A stretch of 64,000 nt of DNA from Candidatus Marinacidobacterales bacterium (GTDB lineage: Bacteria > Acidobacteriota > Vicinamibacteria > Marinacidobacterales > DATDRI01): positions 1,536,001 to 1,600,000 of the forward strand of contig OZ244742.1 of the NCBI GenBank assembly GCA_965219415.1, read 5' to 3'. Numbering within the stretch: position 1 is the stretch's first letter; every line of letters begins with the position of its first letter. Below the pieces are notes generated by a model, which searched no databases, was not told the DNA's origin, and saw nothing but the letters and a program-made list of their open reading frames with translations. The position numbers were made by a program, and so were the translations under genes. This document shows, in pieces, positions 61,467-64,000 of the stretch.

Positions 61467-62457
61467 ACGGCGCTAGCGCAACCCACGAACCATCTTCTCG
61501 CATTGGCGCTCAGCGGACTCTTGTGCATTGCGACGCCCTGCTTCGCTCAACAGGGCAGATGGACCTCGAAAGCCGACATGCCCACGCCGCGATGGTCCCT
61601 GTCGACTAGCGCTGTGGCCGGAACGGTCTATGCTATCGGAGGCTTCGAGGGGGGCTTTGTACCCTCGCAGGCTGTGGAAGCCTACGATCCAAAAACAGAC
61701 ACGTGGACCAAGATGGCTAAACTGCCAACGCCGAGGTCGTTTCTCGCGAGCAGTACGGTGGAAGGGAAGATCTATGCGGTTGGTGGTGCCAATCTCGAAT
61801 TGGGGCAGCTTGGGCTCCCCACCGTGGAGGAATACGACCCGGAGACGGACACCTGGACCAGGAGAGCTGACATGCCAACCCCGAGGCACGGGCTTTCGAC
61901 CTGCGTGCTCGATGGGAAAATCTACGCGATTAGCGGCTATGACGGGTCGAATATGGCGACAGTGGAGCAGTACGACCCATCATCGGATACGTGGACCACT
62001 AGGGCCGACCTCCCTACGCTCCGATCGCATGTTGCGACCCAAGTAGTCGGCGGCAAGATCTACGTCATTGGCGGCTGGGATAAGCGGGACGGGCCGCACA
62101 CGGCACTCTCATCGGTGGCTCAGTACGAGCCGGGGACTGACACGTGGACGAGACGAGCCGACATGCCGACTCCGCGATGGTTGCCCGCCAGCAGCGTGGT
62201 GAACGGAAAGATTTACGTCATCGGCGGAACGGCAGTCGAGGGCACGGGGAATCAGCACAACCTCCAGACAGTAGAAGTCTTATGACCCGGAGACAGACAC
62301 ATGGACTCAGGAGGTCGACATGCCAACGACCCGGGGTTGGCTCTCGGCAAGTGTCGTCGACGGAAAGTTGTATGCCATCGGCGGAGGCTTGCGCTCTCAA
62401 CCCGGAACTTCTGAGCCCATGGTGCTGGCGACGGTGGAGGAATTTAGCCCTTGGTAG
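61463..62457 (+). CDS. Secreted Kelch-repeat beta-propeller protein (frameshift near 62280; start uncertain)
   Basis: Repeats of GKIY.IGG...VE.YDP.TDTWT..ADMPTPR. The last blade continues in another frame from 62281 to TAG 62457. Confidence 0.85.
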
Positions 62458-62475
62458 CTTTCAGTCGCTCATCTG

Positions 62476-63537
62476 CTACAACGCACGAATCTCCCCGCCG
62501 TTCGGCAAGCGCTTCCGGCGAGAGTCATCGATCTTCTCTTGAATGAAAACCACGCCGAACGTCCGCTCTGCAGTGAGGCGATTGTGGGGCGCACAGTGAA
62601 GGCGCAGGTTCCTCTCGTCGTGGCTCCCATCGAGTGCGAAGGCCCGCAGGTGCTCGATCTGGAGTCCTGTTCGCGCGCGACAACGGGTCCCGTCTGGACC
62701 TCGGTACTCGCACTGGTAGCCTGCACGTTCGTGCACGCGCTCGCGGACCTCGGAGGGGATGTAGCGGGATTTCTGTGAAATCTTGCCCGGGCGAGATTTT
62801 TCGTTACCTTTCGACACCCTCTTTAGCCGCCGTTCTCGCTTTCTCTTCACGTCCTTCTTATCGAGGGCAATGTCCAGGGCCTGCTCCATGACCTCGGACA
62901 TGTGCAGGAGAGGGTTCTCCACGCCAAGGACCTCAGCCAGGCGCTCGAACTTCTCCTTGAACTCTCGGTTCGCGGCGAAGCGGAAATTGAACACCTCCGG
63001 CCTCGCCGGCTCGAGGATGTTCGGTGACACCCGGGGCCTTGGGCGCACCGGAACTGGCGGAGGCTCGGGGGGCGACATGGTTGGTGCCTTTCGAATCATG
63101 GGCGCAAACACGGGCTTCGGCCGGAGGGCGACGAGGTACTCCTCGACCTCCCGCCTGGTCATTCCCGCGCAATCGCCAACGAGCTTCTCGACGTTGCTCT
63201 CAGTGAGGACCGGAGCGAGCATACCGGCCACGGTGAGACTCAATCGGTTCTCAGCCAGCGCCACGAGTATCTGAGGATAACGGCGCGACACGTTCGCCAT
63301 CTGGATCCGCCTAGCGACCGACCCTTCGCTTAGGTTCAATCGCCTGGCGCAATAGTCGAAGAGATTCTTATAGCCGCAATCAAGTTGGCCCTTTCTTCTC
63401 GACATCTCCGCGATGTGAGCGACGACGAGTGCCACGTTTCGTTTCTCGGCGCGGACAAGCTTCTCGGTTGAGCGGTCGAGTTCTTCAGTGGATAGACCCT
63501 CGAGCGTTTCGGAGTACGTTTTGACTTTTTCGATCAT
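62476..63537 (-). CDS. HNH endonuclease with DUF222-like helical N-terminus
   Basis: GYKNLFDYC...LSEG N-terminus, RYIP...ERAGYQCEY....GTRC...LQIEH...GSHDERNLRLHCAPHN. AAGGAG RBS. Confidence 0.85.
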   Translation of the reverse strand: MIEKVKTYSETLEGLSTEELDRSTEKLVRAEKRNVALVVAHIAEMSRRKGQLDCGYKNLFDYCARRLNLSEGSVARRIQMANVSRRYPQILVALAENRLSLTVAGMLAPVLTESNVEKLVGDCAGMTRREVEEYLVALRPKPVFAPMIRKAPTMSPPEPPPVPVRPRPRVSPNILEPARPEVFNFRFAANREFKEKFERLAEVLGVENPLLHMSEVMEQALDIALDKKDVKRKRERRLKRVSKGNEKSRPGKISQKSRYIPSEVRERVHERAGYQCEYRGPDGTRCRARTGLQIEHLRAFALDGSHDERNLRLHCAPHNRLTAERTFGVVFIQEKIDDSRRKRLPNGGEIRAL

Positions 63538-63635
63538 GGCAATTGCTCCTTCCCGCTTCTTCTAATATAACGACGAGTTTTTCCGGAGCCTCACGTACCA
63601 TCAGGAGTCTTTTTTCGAATTTTTTTCACCAGTTC

Positions 63636-64000
63636 TCAATCCAGCCAGCCGTGCACTCGGTCCATGAGATCTTTGTCACCCAGTTCCTTACAAAGCTCCT
63701 CCAACTTTTCTTTCTGCGCCCCCTTCCACCTTATATCCTCGAGCTCCTCGGTAAGGGGCACGTCGGTGCGCAGTGTTGCCAGCAACCTGTAGAGCTTCAA
63801 CTCCTCGCGGTTGCTCCGAAGGTTCGCCGCCAATCGTTTGGCGCCTTGGACTTTGACCTCCCACAAGAACGCTTCTTCCGGGATGTTCTCGATGTGCCGA
63901 TAACGGGCCAGGACACGCGACGACGACTTGGCGCCCCAACCCTTGATGCCCGGGATTCCATCCGCGGCGTCGCCGACCAGGCCGAGCCAGTCGGGAATCG
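63636..64000 (-). CDS. 5'-3' exonuclease / flap endonuclease, C-terminal part (5' end outside window)
   Basis: IPDWLGLVGDAADGIPGIKGWGAKS (H3TH motif) and LATLRTDVPL. Confidence 0.85.
   Translation of the reverse strand, partial: IPDWLGLVGDAADGIPGIKGWGAKSSSRVLARYRHIENIPEEAFLWEVKVQGAKRLAANLRSNREELKLYRLLATLRTDVPLTEELEDIRWKGAQKEKLEELCKELGDKDLMDRVHGWLD

Noticed and set aside
61464-61502. ALDH stop TGA in frame with the Kelch ORF, suggesting a readthrough fusion
   Set aside because: The Kelch protein has its own signal peptide. A GTG 61463 start with an indel, or a TTG 61503 start, explains it.
61560-62450. Recurring DNA repeats (GACACGTGGAC, GACATGCC)
   Set aside because: Explained by Kelch protein repeats.

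Overview
A GC-rich bacterial chromosomal window. The gene content suggests an Acidobacteriota-like heterotroph, but that is inference only. It holds about 50 mostly metabolic or housekeeping genes: four amidohydrolases, rocD, gabT, a NagZ/beta-lactamase-fold fusion plus NamZ, msrA, AddAB helicase-nuclease, an F420 biosynthesis cluster (cofG-cofH-cofD-cofC-LLM, no cofE) with a second LLM oxidoreductase nearby, a guaB-like gene, a FabB/F-type synthase, a PaaZ/BoxD-like ALDH and a DUF222-like HNH nuclease. Two near-identical IS256 copies each interrupt a gene. The strongest hidden signal is a probable exported selenoprotein that the ORF track splits in two (16903-18123): an EF-hand plus DUF3179, an in-frame TGA at the conserved Cys position (UxxD), and a SECIS-like hairpin just downstream. 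Other points of note are a modular palindromic repeat family between convergent genes, an atypical guaB-like gene with a structured leader, and several truncated or chimeric gene remnants. Single-base frameshifts are frequent and may be long-read assembly errors, so the pseudogene calls are provisional. No rRNA, tRNA or CRISPR array was seen. All family assignments come from motif recognition by eye, not database searches.
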